From an uncultured Ignavibacteriales bacterium (lineage in GTDB: Bacteria > Zixibacteria > MSB-5A5 > GN15 > FEB-12), in contig CAZAZQ010000010.1 in assembly GCA_964489705.1 (NCBI GenBank), positions 64,724-128,723 on the forward strand: a stretch of 64,000 nt of DNA, given 5' to 3'. This document shows positions 44,533-52,468 of the stretch, one piece after another; the stretch's first letter is position 1, and each line of letters starts with the position of its first letter. Position numbers and translations under genes: made by a program. The notes under the pieces are model-generated. The model was not told the DNA's origin. It saw only the letters and a program-made list of their open reading frames with translations, and made no database searches.

Positions 44533-46740
44533 GTGAAAAGGGTACGCTGGTTTACAATTGTCATTCTTTTCCTGAGTTCCGCCCCGGTTTTTTCTAAAAT
44601 TGCCATTCATGTGGAGTGGTCTCATTGTGCCTTTTTGGGTGACTACGTCGATATTTCTCTCATGCTCCAGAACTCCAATCCGCCGCTTGAGATGGGAGGA
44701 TATGACCTAACGTTGAAATATGATACCAACCTTACTTTTTATTCCGCAGAGATGGGGCAACTGCTGGTTGACTGTGGGTGGGAATCTTTTTCCTACTCCT
44801 CTTGTGGAATTAACTGCCTTCATCTGGTTTCCATTGCCGATATCGCCAATGGCTCGCAGCATCCGACCTGCTTTGCCGACTCTTCGGGAGAAATCGCCCG
44901 TCTGCGTTTTTGGATACCGGATAACCCCGCCCTCATTGGTGATTCGCTGAAAATCTACTGGATGTGGTACGACTGCGGAGATAATACCGTTTCCTCTCGC
45001 TTGGGAGATGTTCTCTACATTTCTTCCGACGTGTATGATGTCGACAACGGCGTACCGGTACAAATTACGCTTGATACGACCTTGCCGACCCGGCTGGGAG
45101 CGCCGGATGAGTGCGTGACCGACAGTAACGGCGTTCAGCGGATGATTGATTTTTACAACGGGGGAGGCGTGGTCTCCAGTATTGATATGGAGCCTCCGGC
45201 GGCGTTTTGCCCGCCGGATACGACGGTGCCCATCGATTCCGGCCAATGCGGGGCGGTGGTCTATTTTGAAGCGACGGCGGTGGACGAATGTTCCTCGGTT
45301 TCCATCAGTTGTACCCCGGCGTCGGGCGACTTCTTTCCTTTGGGGACAACCCCTGTCACTTGCGTGGCTACCGATGCGGCGGGAAATACCGATACCTGTC
45401 ATTTCTCCGTTACGGTAAAGGATACCGTACCTCCTGTTCTTGTCTGTAACTCCGATACAACCGTGGCAACGGAGCCGGGACAGTGCGGAGCGAACGTGTT
45501 CTATACGACCACCATGATAGAAAATTGCGGCGGGTCTTTTCATTGTACTCCGACGTCCGGTTCTTTTTTCCCGTTAGGGGTAACCGAGGTTACCTGCATG
45601 GCGGTCGATGGGGACGGGAACGGCGATATATGTTCGTTTTACGTCACGGTAGTAGACTCGGAACCGCCGGCTGTGTCATGTCCTTCCGATACGGTGGTTG
45701 ACAATTCACCGGGTGAGTGCGGCGCGACCGTGATATATGAGATACCGGCGACCGACAATTGTTCCGACGTGACTATCTCCGAAGATCCGCCCTCCGGCTC
45801 GTTCTTTTTGGTGGGCGCCACTCCGGTGCAGGTGATAGTTTCCGACAGCACCGGCAATGCCGATACCTGTCAATTTTCAGTGACCGTCAACGACATCGAA
45901 CCGCCGGAGATACAATGCCCCGATGATATGGTCATCTATAACGACAGCGGCTTGTACGGAGCCATAGTCGAGTATGAGATAATCGCTCAGGACAATTGTC
46001 CGCATCCGAACGTCACGGTTGAGCCGCCGTCAGGTTCTTTCTTCCCTATCGGTACGACGCTTGTCAGCTCCGTTATCGAAGACCAATCCGGCAACACCGA
46101 TAGCTGTTCGTTCACGGTGACGGTTTTGCTCAACGATCCTGACGGGGACGGCTTGCCCAACTGGGATGACAACTGCCCGAGCCGGTTCAATCCCGCACAG
46201 GAAGATTACGATGCCGACGGTGTAGGCGACAGTTGTGATAATTGTACCGATACCGACTCCGACGGCTTCGGCGATCCCGGTTTTGCGTCCAACACGTGCG
46301 GCACGGATAATTGTCCGTCCGTATTCAATCCGGGGCAAGGCGACGCCGACGCGGATGGAATAGGCGATGCCTGCGATTCCTGTACCGACACCGACGGTGA
46401 CGGATACGGTAATCCCGGTTTTCCGGAAAACGATTGTCCCCTCGATAATTGTCCTGACAATTACAATCCCGACCAAGCGGATACCGACGGCGACGGGGTA
46501 GGAGATGCCTGTTGTTGTGTGGAAGAGCGCGGCAATGTCGATGGGGATGCCGGTGACGTGGTGACCGTTGCCGATTTAACGAGGTTAGTAAATTATCTCT
46601 TCAAAGGAGGAGAAACTCCTCCTTGTCCGAAAGAAGCCAACGTCGACGGCGACAGCGAGGAAAGCATCAACGTCGCCGACTTGACCTACCTTGCCGCTTA
46701 CCTCTTTGGAGAAGGACCGCCGCCTCCGGCGTGCTTCTGA
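44533..46740 (+). CDS. Large secreted multi-module protein: cohesin-like module, 4 HYR repeats, TSP3-type calcium-binding repeats, C-terminal dockerin-like module
   Basis: Start taken at in-frame GTG 44533 (GGAGGAG RBS at 44524-44530; [21 protein letters not shown] signal peptide). Cohesin-like strands ([41 protein letters not shown]). See the repeat features for HYR and TSP3. The C-terminus has [27 protein letters not shown] and [27 protein letters not shown]. Confidence 0.8.
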   Translation: MKRVRWFTIVILFLSSAPVFSKIAIHVEWSHCAFLGDYVDISLMLQNSNPPLEMGGYDLTLKYDTNLTFYSAEMGQLLVDCGWESFSYSSCGINCLHLVSIADIANGSQHPTCFADSSGEIARLRFWIPDNPALIGDSLKIYWMWYDCGDNTVSSRLGDVLYISSDVYDVDNGVPVQITLDTTLPTRLGAPDECVTDSNGVQRMIDFYNGGGVVSSIDMEPPAAFCPPDTTVPIDSGQCGAVVYFEATAVDECSSVSISCTPASGDFFPLGTTPVTCVATDAAGNTDTCHFSVTVKDTVPPVLVCNSDTTVATEPGQCGANVFYTTTMIENCGGSFHCTPTSGSFFPLGVTEVTCMAVDGDGNGDICSFYVTVVDSEPPAVSCPSDTVVDNSPGECGATVIYEIPATDNCSDVTISEDPPSGSFFLVGATPVQVIVSDSTGNADTCQFSVTVNDIEPPEIQCPDDMVIYNDSGLYGAIVEYEIIAQDNCPHPNVTVEPPSGSFFPIGTTLVSSVIEDQSGNTDSCSFTVTVLLNDPDGDGLPNWDDNCPSRFNPAQEDYDADGVGDSCDNCTDTDSDGFGDPGFASNTCGTDNCPSVFNPGQGDADADGIGDACDSCTDTDGDGYGNPGFPENDCPLDNCPDNYNPDQADTDGDGVGDACCCVEERGNVDGDAGDVVTVADLTRLVNYLFKGGETPPCPKEANVDGDSEESINVADLTYLAAYLFGEGPPPPACF
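45190..46131 (+). repeat. Four tandem HYR (hyalin repeat) Ig-like modules of 78-79 aa, in-frame coding repeats
   Basis: Hand-aligned units at 45190-45423, 45424-45657, 45658-45894 and 45895-46131. Each has PP..(C)P.D, G(Q/E)CGA.V.Y, D(E/N)C, the pattern P.SGSFFP.G.T.V, and D..GN.D.C.F.VTV. Confidence 0.8.
46132..46518 (+). repeat. Thrombospondin type 3-like Asp-rich calcium-binding repeats (about 2.5 units of approx. 46 aa)
   Basis: Repeated [39 protein letters not shown] / [39 protein letters not shown] / [23 protein letters not shown]. Confidence 0.7.
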
Positions 46741-46779
46741 GAAGGAGCCCGTAACTCCTACCCCTGATTTCTCTTCAAT

Positions 46780-48108
46780 TTATCGAGGAATGGGACCCCA
46801 TGCCGGGTTGCTGCAGGTACCGGTTTTGGTCAGGCGTCGTTGTTTTCTTCCCGTTACGTCCATTGTGTAAATGTCGGGTGAGCCGAGACGGGTAGAGGTG
46901 AAAATAATATGTTTCCCGTCGGGTGAGAAATGGGGATTTTCGTTCATACCGACTTCGGTAAGAATGCGATAATCGGTGCCTGAGGTGTCAATCGAAGCGA
47001 TATCGAACCGCCCCGATTTGGTGCGGCTGACGAAGACGATGCGGTCGCTCCGGTGGGACCAGACGGGAGAATCGTTATAGCCGCCGGTGTAAGTCAAGCG
47101 GTGAACATCCAAGCCGTCGGAGTTCATAATGTAAATTTGCGGGTACCCCGACCGGTCGGAAGAAAAGGCGATGAAACGCCCATCCGGAGACCAGGTAGGC
47201 GAGGTGTCTATCGCCCAATGGTAGGTCAGCCGCTTGATGATTCTTCCTTTGGTGTCCAGCACGTAAATTTCAGAGTTACCGTCTTTGGTGAGAACGCACG
47301 CAATTTCCTGTCCGTCGGGGGAAACCGCAGGAGCGGCGATTATGCCGGGGTAGCTCGCAACGCGGGTGATTTTGCCGTTGGCGATGGTCACTTTGTACAA
47401 CTGCGGGTCGCCGTCCATGTAACTTGTAAAATAAATCTCTTTCCCGTCGGGAGAGAAAGCGGGGGAGAGGTTGATGGATCCGGTATGAGTAAGTTGCCGT
47501 TCGTTGGCGCCGTCGTAGTCGGCGATGAAAAGTTCTTTGGCGTTACGAATTTTTTTGATATAGGCTATTTTGGTACGGAAGATTCCTTTCTCGCCGGTCA
47601 AGACGCGGACGATCTCGTTGGCAATGTCGTGTCCCAACTCACGCCAGAGTTCTTTAGGTTCTTCTTGGACGCCTTTGGCGAACTGTTGTTTTCGGGCGGT
47701 ATCGAACAGGCGCCATCGTACGCGAAGGTTTCGCCCCGGGAATTCCGCTTCCAATTTGACCAGGTACGTTGCTCCCAGTCGTTGCCAGCCCAAGAGGTCG
47801 AGTTCGACAATTTCGTAGACCCGCAGGTAGAAGGTATCAATCGGCACCAGCTCGAAGTCGGCGTAAAAGTCCACGTCATTCTGCACGATTCTGGTTACAT
47901 ACGTCATAAGGGTGGAATCTTTTGCCGTGATATATTGAGTGCCGATATATTTCATTTCATCGACCCCGATTTTGGTCGGCTGGAACCCTCCCGTAATCGT
48001 GTCGAAGAAAATGTTGCGGACGTAGTCGCCTTGCGCCTTGACGCTCGTCGGCGCAGTGAAAAGGAGAGTCAAAACTATACTTATGAGCAGAGACGTTCGT
48101 TTCATCAT
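46780..48108 (-). CDS. tolB: Tol-Pal system beta-propeller protein TolB
   Basis: 442 aa with a signal peptide. N-terminal TolB domain, then repeated propeller blades with PAFSPDGKEI, PAVSPDGQEI, PTWSPDGRFI, PVWSHRSDRI and PHFSPDGKHI. Confidence 0.9.
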   Translation of the reverse strand: MMKRTSLLISIVLTLLFTAPTSVKAQGDYVRNIFFDTITGGFQPTKIGVDEMKYIGTQYITAKDSTLMTYVTRIVQNDVDFYADFELVPIDTFYLRVYEIVELDLLGWQRLGATYLVKLEAEFPGRNLRVRWRLFDTARKQQFAKGVQEEPKELWRELGHDIANEIVRVLTGEKGIFRTKIAYIKKIRNAKELFIADYDGANERQLTHTGSINLSPAFSPDGKEIYFTSYMDGDPQLYKVTIANGKITRVASYPGIIAAPAVSPDGQEIACVLTKDGNSEIYVLDTKGRIIKRLTYHWAIDTSPTWSPDGRFIAFSSDRSGYPQIYIMNSDGLDVHRLTYTGGYNDSPVWSHRSDRIVFVSRTKSGRFDIASIDTSGTDYRILTEVGMNENPHFSPDGKHIIFTSTRLGSPDIYTMDVTGRKQRRLTKTGTCSNPAWGPIPR

Positions 48109-48119
48109 GGATACATCAA

Positions 48120-48812
48120 TTACCTGTTTTTGAAGGGTACGGTTATGCCGATGATTTCATCCCGGAACTCCCGCGGCAACGGAGGGAAGGGGGCGGAGCG
48201 TTCGATTGCCTGAAGACACGCTCTGTCGAAGGCGGGAATGCCGGACGGCTCGACGACTTTCAAATCTATCACTCGTCCTGAGCGGAGCACCTGGAAATAG
48301 ACCACACAGACCAACGTCCCGTCGTACATGACCGGGTTTCGCCAGTTACCGGCGATTTTATTGAATGCTTGAGTGAACCAGTACGGATAGTTGAAGGAAG
48401 CGTTGTCGATGGTTGCTCCCTGGAAAGGAGAGCCGCTGCCGGTGGCGGGCGTTTCAATCGTTTGTTCGGTCTTTTCGGTTTGGTTGGTTGCCGGGGACAC
48501 GGTTTTTTGAGGAGCGGGTTGTTTTTTCTTTTTCGGCTTTTTCTTCTTGGTTAACGTCGCAGCTTTTTTGACGGTCGAAGGAGCGTCGATGGGAATCTCC
48601 GGGAGAACATCAGTCAGCGCTTCGGGGATAGGGGTGGGGGGGATGGCTTGAGGTTGCACCGGGGGAAGTTGCCGCTGGGGGAGAGAAGTTAGAGAGACAC
48701 GGATGACTTCGTCATACGGGTAATTCTTTTTTATTTCAAAAGGAGCTATCACCATGGTTGCCGCAATAATAATGAGATGCAAAAGCAATGACAATAAGAT
48801 ATCCTGTTTCAT
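48120..48812 (-). CDS. TonB-C-domain energy transducer in the TolA position
   Basis: N-terminal TM helix, a Pro-rich and then Lys-rich spacer (KKKKPKKKKQPAPQ), and a C-terminal TonB-like domain (YPYWFTQAFNKI...VCVVYFQVLRSGRVIDLKVVEPSG..FDRACLQAIERSAPFPPLP). It lies between the tolR-like and tolB genes. Confidence 0.7.
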   Translation of the reverse strand: MKQDILLSLLLHLIIIAATMVIAPFEIKKNYPYDEVIRVSLTSLPQRQLPPVQPQAIPPTPIPEALTDVLPEIPIDAPSTVKKAATLTKKKKPKKKKQPAPQKTVSPATNQTEKTEQTIETPATGSGSPFQGATIDNASFNYPYWFTQAFNKIAGNWRNPVMYDGTLVCVVYFQVLRSGRVIDLKVVEPSGIPAFDRACLQAIERSAPFPPLPREFRDEIIGITVPFKNR

Positions 48813-48816
48813 GTCA

Positions 48817-49251
48817 TCACCGTCGAGAACCGCTCCTGCCGCTTTTTTCGTGTCGTGCCGTGACCAAGCCGATCGACTCGATACCCATATCTTTCAATCG
48901 TCCGATAACGTCGATTGCCACTCCGTAAGCCACCGCTGAATCTCCCCTGAGGTAGACGTTGGCGGTATTCTTAGCGTTCATTGCTTCTTTGAGCGCTTTT
49001 TCGAAATTTTCGGGGCGGGTCCAGACGTCGTTGACATATATTCCCCCCTTGGCGTCGATGGTGACGACGATGCCTTCCGCTTCTTCTTCAATTGCCGCCG
49101 CTTTGGTTTTCGGAAGGTTGACTTCGATACCGGACTGAAGGAGAGGCGCCGAAATCATGAAGATAATCAACAGCACCAGCACCACGTCCACGAGGTTGGT
49201 AATGTTGATGTCCGCAAGCGCTTTGTATGTCCGCGGTTTCGGTCGGCGCAT
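48817..49251 (-). CDS. tolR: ExbD/TolR family biopolymer transport protein
   Basis: Start taken at ATG 49251 (MRRPKPRTYKALADINITNLVDVVLVLLIIFM), overlapping the tolQ stop by 1 nt (TGATG). The conserved Asp-containing TM helix is present. Confidence 0.85.
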   Translation of the reverse strand: MRRPKPRTYKALADINITNLVDVVLVLLIIFMISAPLLQSGIEVNLPKTKAAAIEEEAEGIVVTIDAKGGIYVNDVWTRPENFEKALKEAMNAKNTANVYLRGDSAVAYGVAIDVIGRLKDMGIESIGLVTARHEKSGRSGSRR

Positions 49252-49967
49252 CAGAGTGACTCCTTCTTGGCGCGGGCAAGAAATTCCAAGATAAAGCTGT
49301 TGCAATAGTCGTTGATGAACTTCAACTTGTTGTTTGCCCAGTTAAAAGCGATAACGGCAGGGATAGCCGCTCCCAAGCCGACGATGGTCGCCAGCAAGGC
49401 TTCCGCAATGCCGGGGGCGACGATTGCCAGCGAGGCGGAACCGCGCTCGCCGATAGACCAGAACGAGTCCATAATGCCGACGACGGTGCCCAACAAGCCC
49501 ATAAAAGGAGCGGAATTGGCGGTGGTTGCCAGAAAGATGACTTTTTTCTCAAGCTTACCCATCTCCTCGGTAAGATTTTTTTCCATCGTCATCTCGAGGA
49601 TTTCAAAGTCGTTGGCATCCAACGAACGGGTCTTCTCCTGAAGAGCTCCTCCTTCGTTTTTTATCTCAAACAGGCTGCGCAATTCGGTGTATCCCGCCGT
49701 GAAGATTCTTGCCAAGGGAGAATCAGCGTGAGACTTGGCTTGCCCGACCGCTTCGGAGAGTTGACGGCTGCGACGAAAAGTATGTAAGAAAGCTTTGCTG
49801 TCACGGTCGACCGCTTTGAATTGCCGCCACTTGTGGAAGATAATGACCCAGGAAACAAACGACATGGCGGTTAGAACCAAAAGGATAATGATACCGAAGG
49901 CCGAGGATTGACCTATTATTTTCCACACCGAACCGGAAAAGATACTTGCTGTTATCATGTAATTCAT
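49251..49967 (-). CDS. tolQ: MotA/TolQ/ExbB proton-channel protein
   Basis: 238 aa with 3 TM helices. LATTANSAPFMGLLGTVVGIM and IAPGIAEALLATIVGL are the canonical TolQ/ExbB motifs. Confidence 0.9.
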   Translation of the reverse strand: MNYMITASIFSGSVWKIIGQSSAFGIIILLVLTAMSFVSWVIIFHKWRQFKAVDRDSKAFLHTFRRSRQLSEAVGQAKSHADSPLARIFTAGYTELRSLFEIKNEGGALQEKTRSLDANDFEILEMTMEKNLTEEMGKLEKKVIFLATTANSAPFMGLLGTVVGIMDSFWSIGERGSASLAIVAPGIAEALLATIVGLGAAIPAVIAFNWANNKLKFINDYCNSFILEFLARAKKESL

Positions 49968-50215
49968 ACCTGTTTGTACACATTATTGGTTTTATCGTTT
50001 TCGCTTCGCACAAGCCGACATTCCTGACGAACCTGTTCATTTTTCCCGAAAATAGGTAGAAATCGTCGTCGGTCAACAAAAACCGCCGAAACTTCTCCCT
50101 TACCTTTTTACGATGATTTCACCAAAAATATGAAACAAATTTCCCTTGACGACATCGATGCGGGAAATATCTTTCATTCTCACAAGAGAAAAGGACTTCA
50201 AGAAGAAAGAAGAGG

Positions 50216-50428
50216 TTGAACATGAAGAAGTTTGCGATGATATTGGCTGCCGGTGCTTTGATAAGCGCCATCGGTATCGGGTGCGGGAAAAAGGAAAGCT
50301 CCGAACACATGGGGAAAGAGCCGCCCGAAGTGAAGAAAGCCGAAACGATGGACAGCACTCGTTTGGACTCCGCCGTCGATACCATGCAGGAGCATATGAC
50401 CGACAGTATGGCGCACGACAGCATGTAA
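50216..50428 (+). CDS. Small lipoprotein with a Met/His-rich tail
   Basis: 70 aa. Lipobox AIGIGC after MNMKKFAMILAAGALIS. The tail is DTMQEHMTDSMAHDSM. A purine-rich RBS is present. Confidence 0.55.
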   Translation: MNMKKFAMILAAGALISAIGIGCGKKESSEHMGKEPPEVKKAETMDSTRLDSAVDTMQEHMTDSMAHDSM

Positions 50429-50450
50429 CGATTATCCTGATGCGACAAAT

Positions 50451-50488
50451 AAAATGCCTCTCGCCCTTGCCGGACGGGAGGCATTTTT
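50451..50488. terminator. Bidirectional hairpin terminator between convergent genes
   Basis: ATGCCTC (50454-50460) pairs with GAGGCAT (50478-50484). It is flanked by AAAA on the left and TTTTT on the right. Confidence 0.7.
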
Positions 50489-50526
50489 CACAGGGGAAGA
50501 GAATAATACGAAAACTTGTAGCCTAT

Positions 50527-51660
50527 TTACCCTTCTATCATTTCGACGTTGGCGCGCGGGACAATCGCCCGTTCGCCGGTGTCGGTGAACTCTACTTCCA
50601 GGACTCGCGCCATCGATTCCGATTCGAGTTTTTGAAGCGGCGCCGGTAAATCCACCACCGTTCCCAATCTTCCGAAATAGGGGTGGCGAATGACACGTAC
50701 CGGCGAACCGATAGCCAAGCCTCCTATGGTGGCTTTTTCTTCTTCGACTTCGGCGGCTTTTTCAGCCGGGTGAGGAATAACCACCTCGGGACGGATGACC
50801 CCGGCGCGGATCTGCGTTGCCCCGTTCATACACGCCATTTCTCCTTCGTGCCGTTTGAGCAGGTCGAACGTTTTCTGCGCCATGGTGATTTTACCGAAGC
50901 CTTCCGTTACGACGAGGGTGATGTCGATATCTTCGGAACCGGTAATAGCGACCCCGATGTCGTAGCCGAGGAAGTCGCGCAGGTCTTTATCGTCGAAACC
51001 GCCGATGACGATGCCGCGGACTCCGACAGCAATCGCTTTTTTCATCGCCGCCGCCGTTACCAGCGAGCCGCCGACGATGATTTTATCTTTCAACTCCGGT
51101 GTGATAAACTGCTCGTCAAGTACCGTGGCGTTGTCCGGCGTTACTACCTTGATATTGCCCGACGTTTCTCCGCCAATCCCGAAGATCCCCTGAACGAAAC
51201 TTGCCACACAGGAGACCACCACCCCTTCATCGGGGATGATTTCGGTCACCTCACCTTGAATATAGGCTTTCACTTCCACCGGAATCGGTAAGCCGCGGAG
51301 AAGCACCTGTCCGGTGATGTTCGAAATCGACTCGATGCTTCCGCTGATGGTCGACTTACAGGTGGTTGACCAGCTTTTGATGATGGGGAACTTCTTTATG
51401 GCGATAACTTCGTTTTCTTCGACCGGGTCTCCCTCTTTCTTCACCATGAAGTCAAAAATATCTTCCGGGGGGATGCCCAGTTTGTTTGCTACGTTTATCG
51501 GGACGACATTTCCGGGCAGTTCGGTGCGGGCGACGACATCGTCAGGGTTGACTTTGTCGCCAATGTTTACAACCACTTTACCCTTAAGAGGGAGAATACG
51601 TCTTTTTTCAACCAGTAATTGTTCGGTAACTTTCAATCCCGGCGTATACGCGTGGGCCAT
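50527..51660 (-). CDS. Conserved-looking cytoplasmic protein of unknown function (377 aa), third gene of the GlmL-like operon
   Basis: AGGAAGGA RBS 6 nt upstream of the ATG. No TM helix or signal peptide. N-terminal barrel-sandwich-like segment (GKVVVNIGDKVNPDDVVARTELPG), a central Gly-rich Rossmann-like stretch (IIVGGSLVTAAAMKKAIAVGVRGIVIGG), and a C-terminal KOW/SH3-like tail (GSPVRVIRHPYFGRLGTVV). Family not recognised. Confidence 0.7.
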   Translation of the reverse strand: MAHAYTPGLKVTEQLLVEKRRILPLKGKVVVNIGDKVNPDDVVARTELPGNVVPINVANKLGIPPEDIFDFMVKKEGDPVEENEVIAIKKFPIIKSWSTTCKSTISGSIESISNITGQVLLRGLPIPVEVKAYIQGEVTEIIPDEGVVVSCVASFVQGIFGIGGETSGNIKVVTPDNATVLDEQFITPELKDKIIVGGSLVTAAAMKKAIAVGVRGIVIGGFDDKDLRDFLGYDIGVAITGSEDIDITLVVTEGFGKITMAQKTFDLLKRHEGEMACMNGATQIRAGVIRPEVVIPHPAEKAAEVEEEKATIGGLAIGSPVRVIRHPYFGRLGTVVDLPAPLQKLESESMARVLEVEFTDTGERAIVPRANVEMIEG

Positions 51661-51691
51661 GATTATCCTTCCTGTATAAAAGCGTGGTTCA

Positions 51692-52468
51692 TCATCTTTT
51701 CTTTTTGAAGTGGCGGCGCAATACGATGAGAATCACCAACAGCAACGCCACTCCGAGATACAGGTATATTTTCTTTCGAGCTTGTCGTTCATTTTGTCCG
51801 CTTGCATCTGGTATCTCAATGTCAGCTACTTTTACCGTTTCCTTTGGCAAGGCCGCTTCAACATTCTCGGTGGAAAAGGAGCTGACGATTTGTTCGAATA
51901 CTTTCTTGTTTTCTTCAAAGGTCGAAACGGGGGAATAGAAATAAAAGTTGGCGATGCCTTTCTCATAGAACTTCATGACAAGAAGATGCTTTTTGATGAC
52001 CTTGCCTTGTTCGATGATGTCGCTCAGAATGGAAATGGTATTGGTCTGCTTGTTGTAGCTGGGGGTGTTGGTCTTGATATCGGTCAGGAAGTCCGCAACC
52101 GGATAGTACTTGACATCTTCTCCGAATTCCCGGCTCAATTTCTTCAGAACCGAGTCGACTTGTTTTTGAGTGAATGCCCCGACGGTGTCGACCGTGAGGA
52201 TGAGATACGCTTTCGAAAAGAACTGCGGGGCATCCTTGACGGCAAAAGCGGCATCATAATCGAGAATCGTCTTACCGGCTTTGTTGCGCAGCAGGAAGGC
52301 ATCGACGAGCTCGTAATTCACCTGCGCCCAGTCGTCCGGATAGGAGATGTAAAAATTCCCCTTGAAACTGACGTAGGTTTGAGAAGCACCGACGGATGCC
52401 GGTACCACGACCAGTAAAACGAGCAGCCCGAGTATGATGTGTTTTCTTCTCATCTTCGGTTTTCTCAC
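51692..52468 (-). CDS. Extracytoplasmic protein with an N-terminal signal peptide, a PsbP/Mog1-like body and a C-terminal TM helix plus basic tail
   Basis: GTG 52468 (GTGA overlap with the upstream stop) or ATG 52453. Signal peptide HIILGLLVLLVVVPASVGA. The C-terminus IYLYLGVALLLVILIVLRRHFKKKR is a TM helix with an Arg/Lys cluster. Confidence 0.7.
   Translation of the reverse strand: MRKPKMRRKHIILGLLVLLVVVPASVGASQTYVSFKGNFYISYPDDWAQVNYELVDAFLLRNKAGKTILDYDAAFAVKDAPQFFSKAYLILTVDTVGAFTQKQVDSVLKKLSREFGEDVKYYPVADFLTDIKTNTPSYNKQTNTISILSDIIEQGKVIKKHLLVMKFYEKGIANFYFYSPVSTFEENKKVFEQIVSSFSTENVEAALPKETVKVADIEIPDASGQNERQARKKIYLYLGVALLLVILIVLRRHFKKKR

Noticed and set aside
45190-46518. Regularly spaced repeats that might be mistaken for a CRISPR-like or satellite array
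   Set aside because: The repeats are in frame, 234-237 nt long, diverged at synonymous and non-synonymous sites, and encode HYR and TSP3 protein modules. There is no short direct-repeat/spacer structure anywhere in the window.
47053-48213. A 386-aa plus-strand ORF overlapping tolB
   Set aside because: It is antisense to a well-supported TolB beta-propeller gene. It has no RBS, no recognisable domains and shadow-ORF composition.
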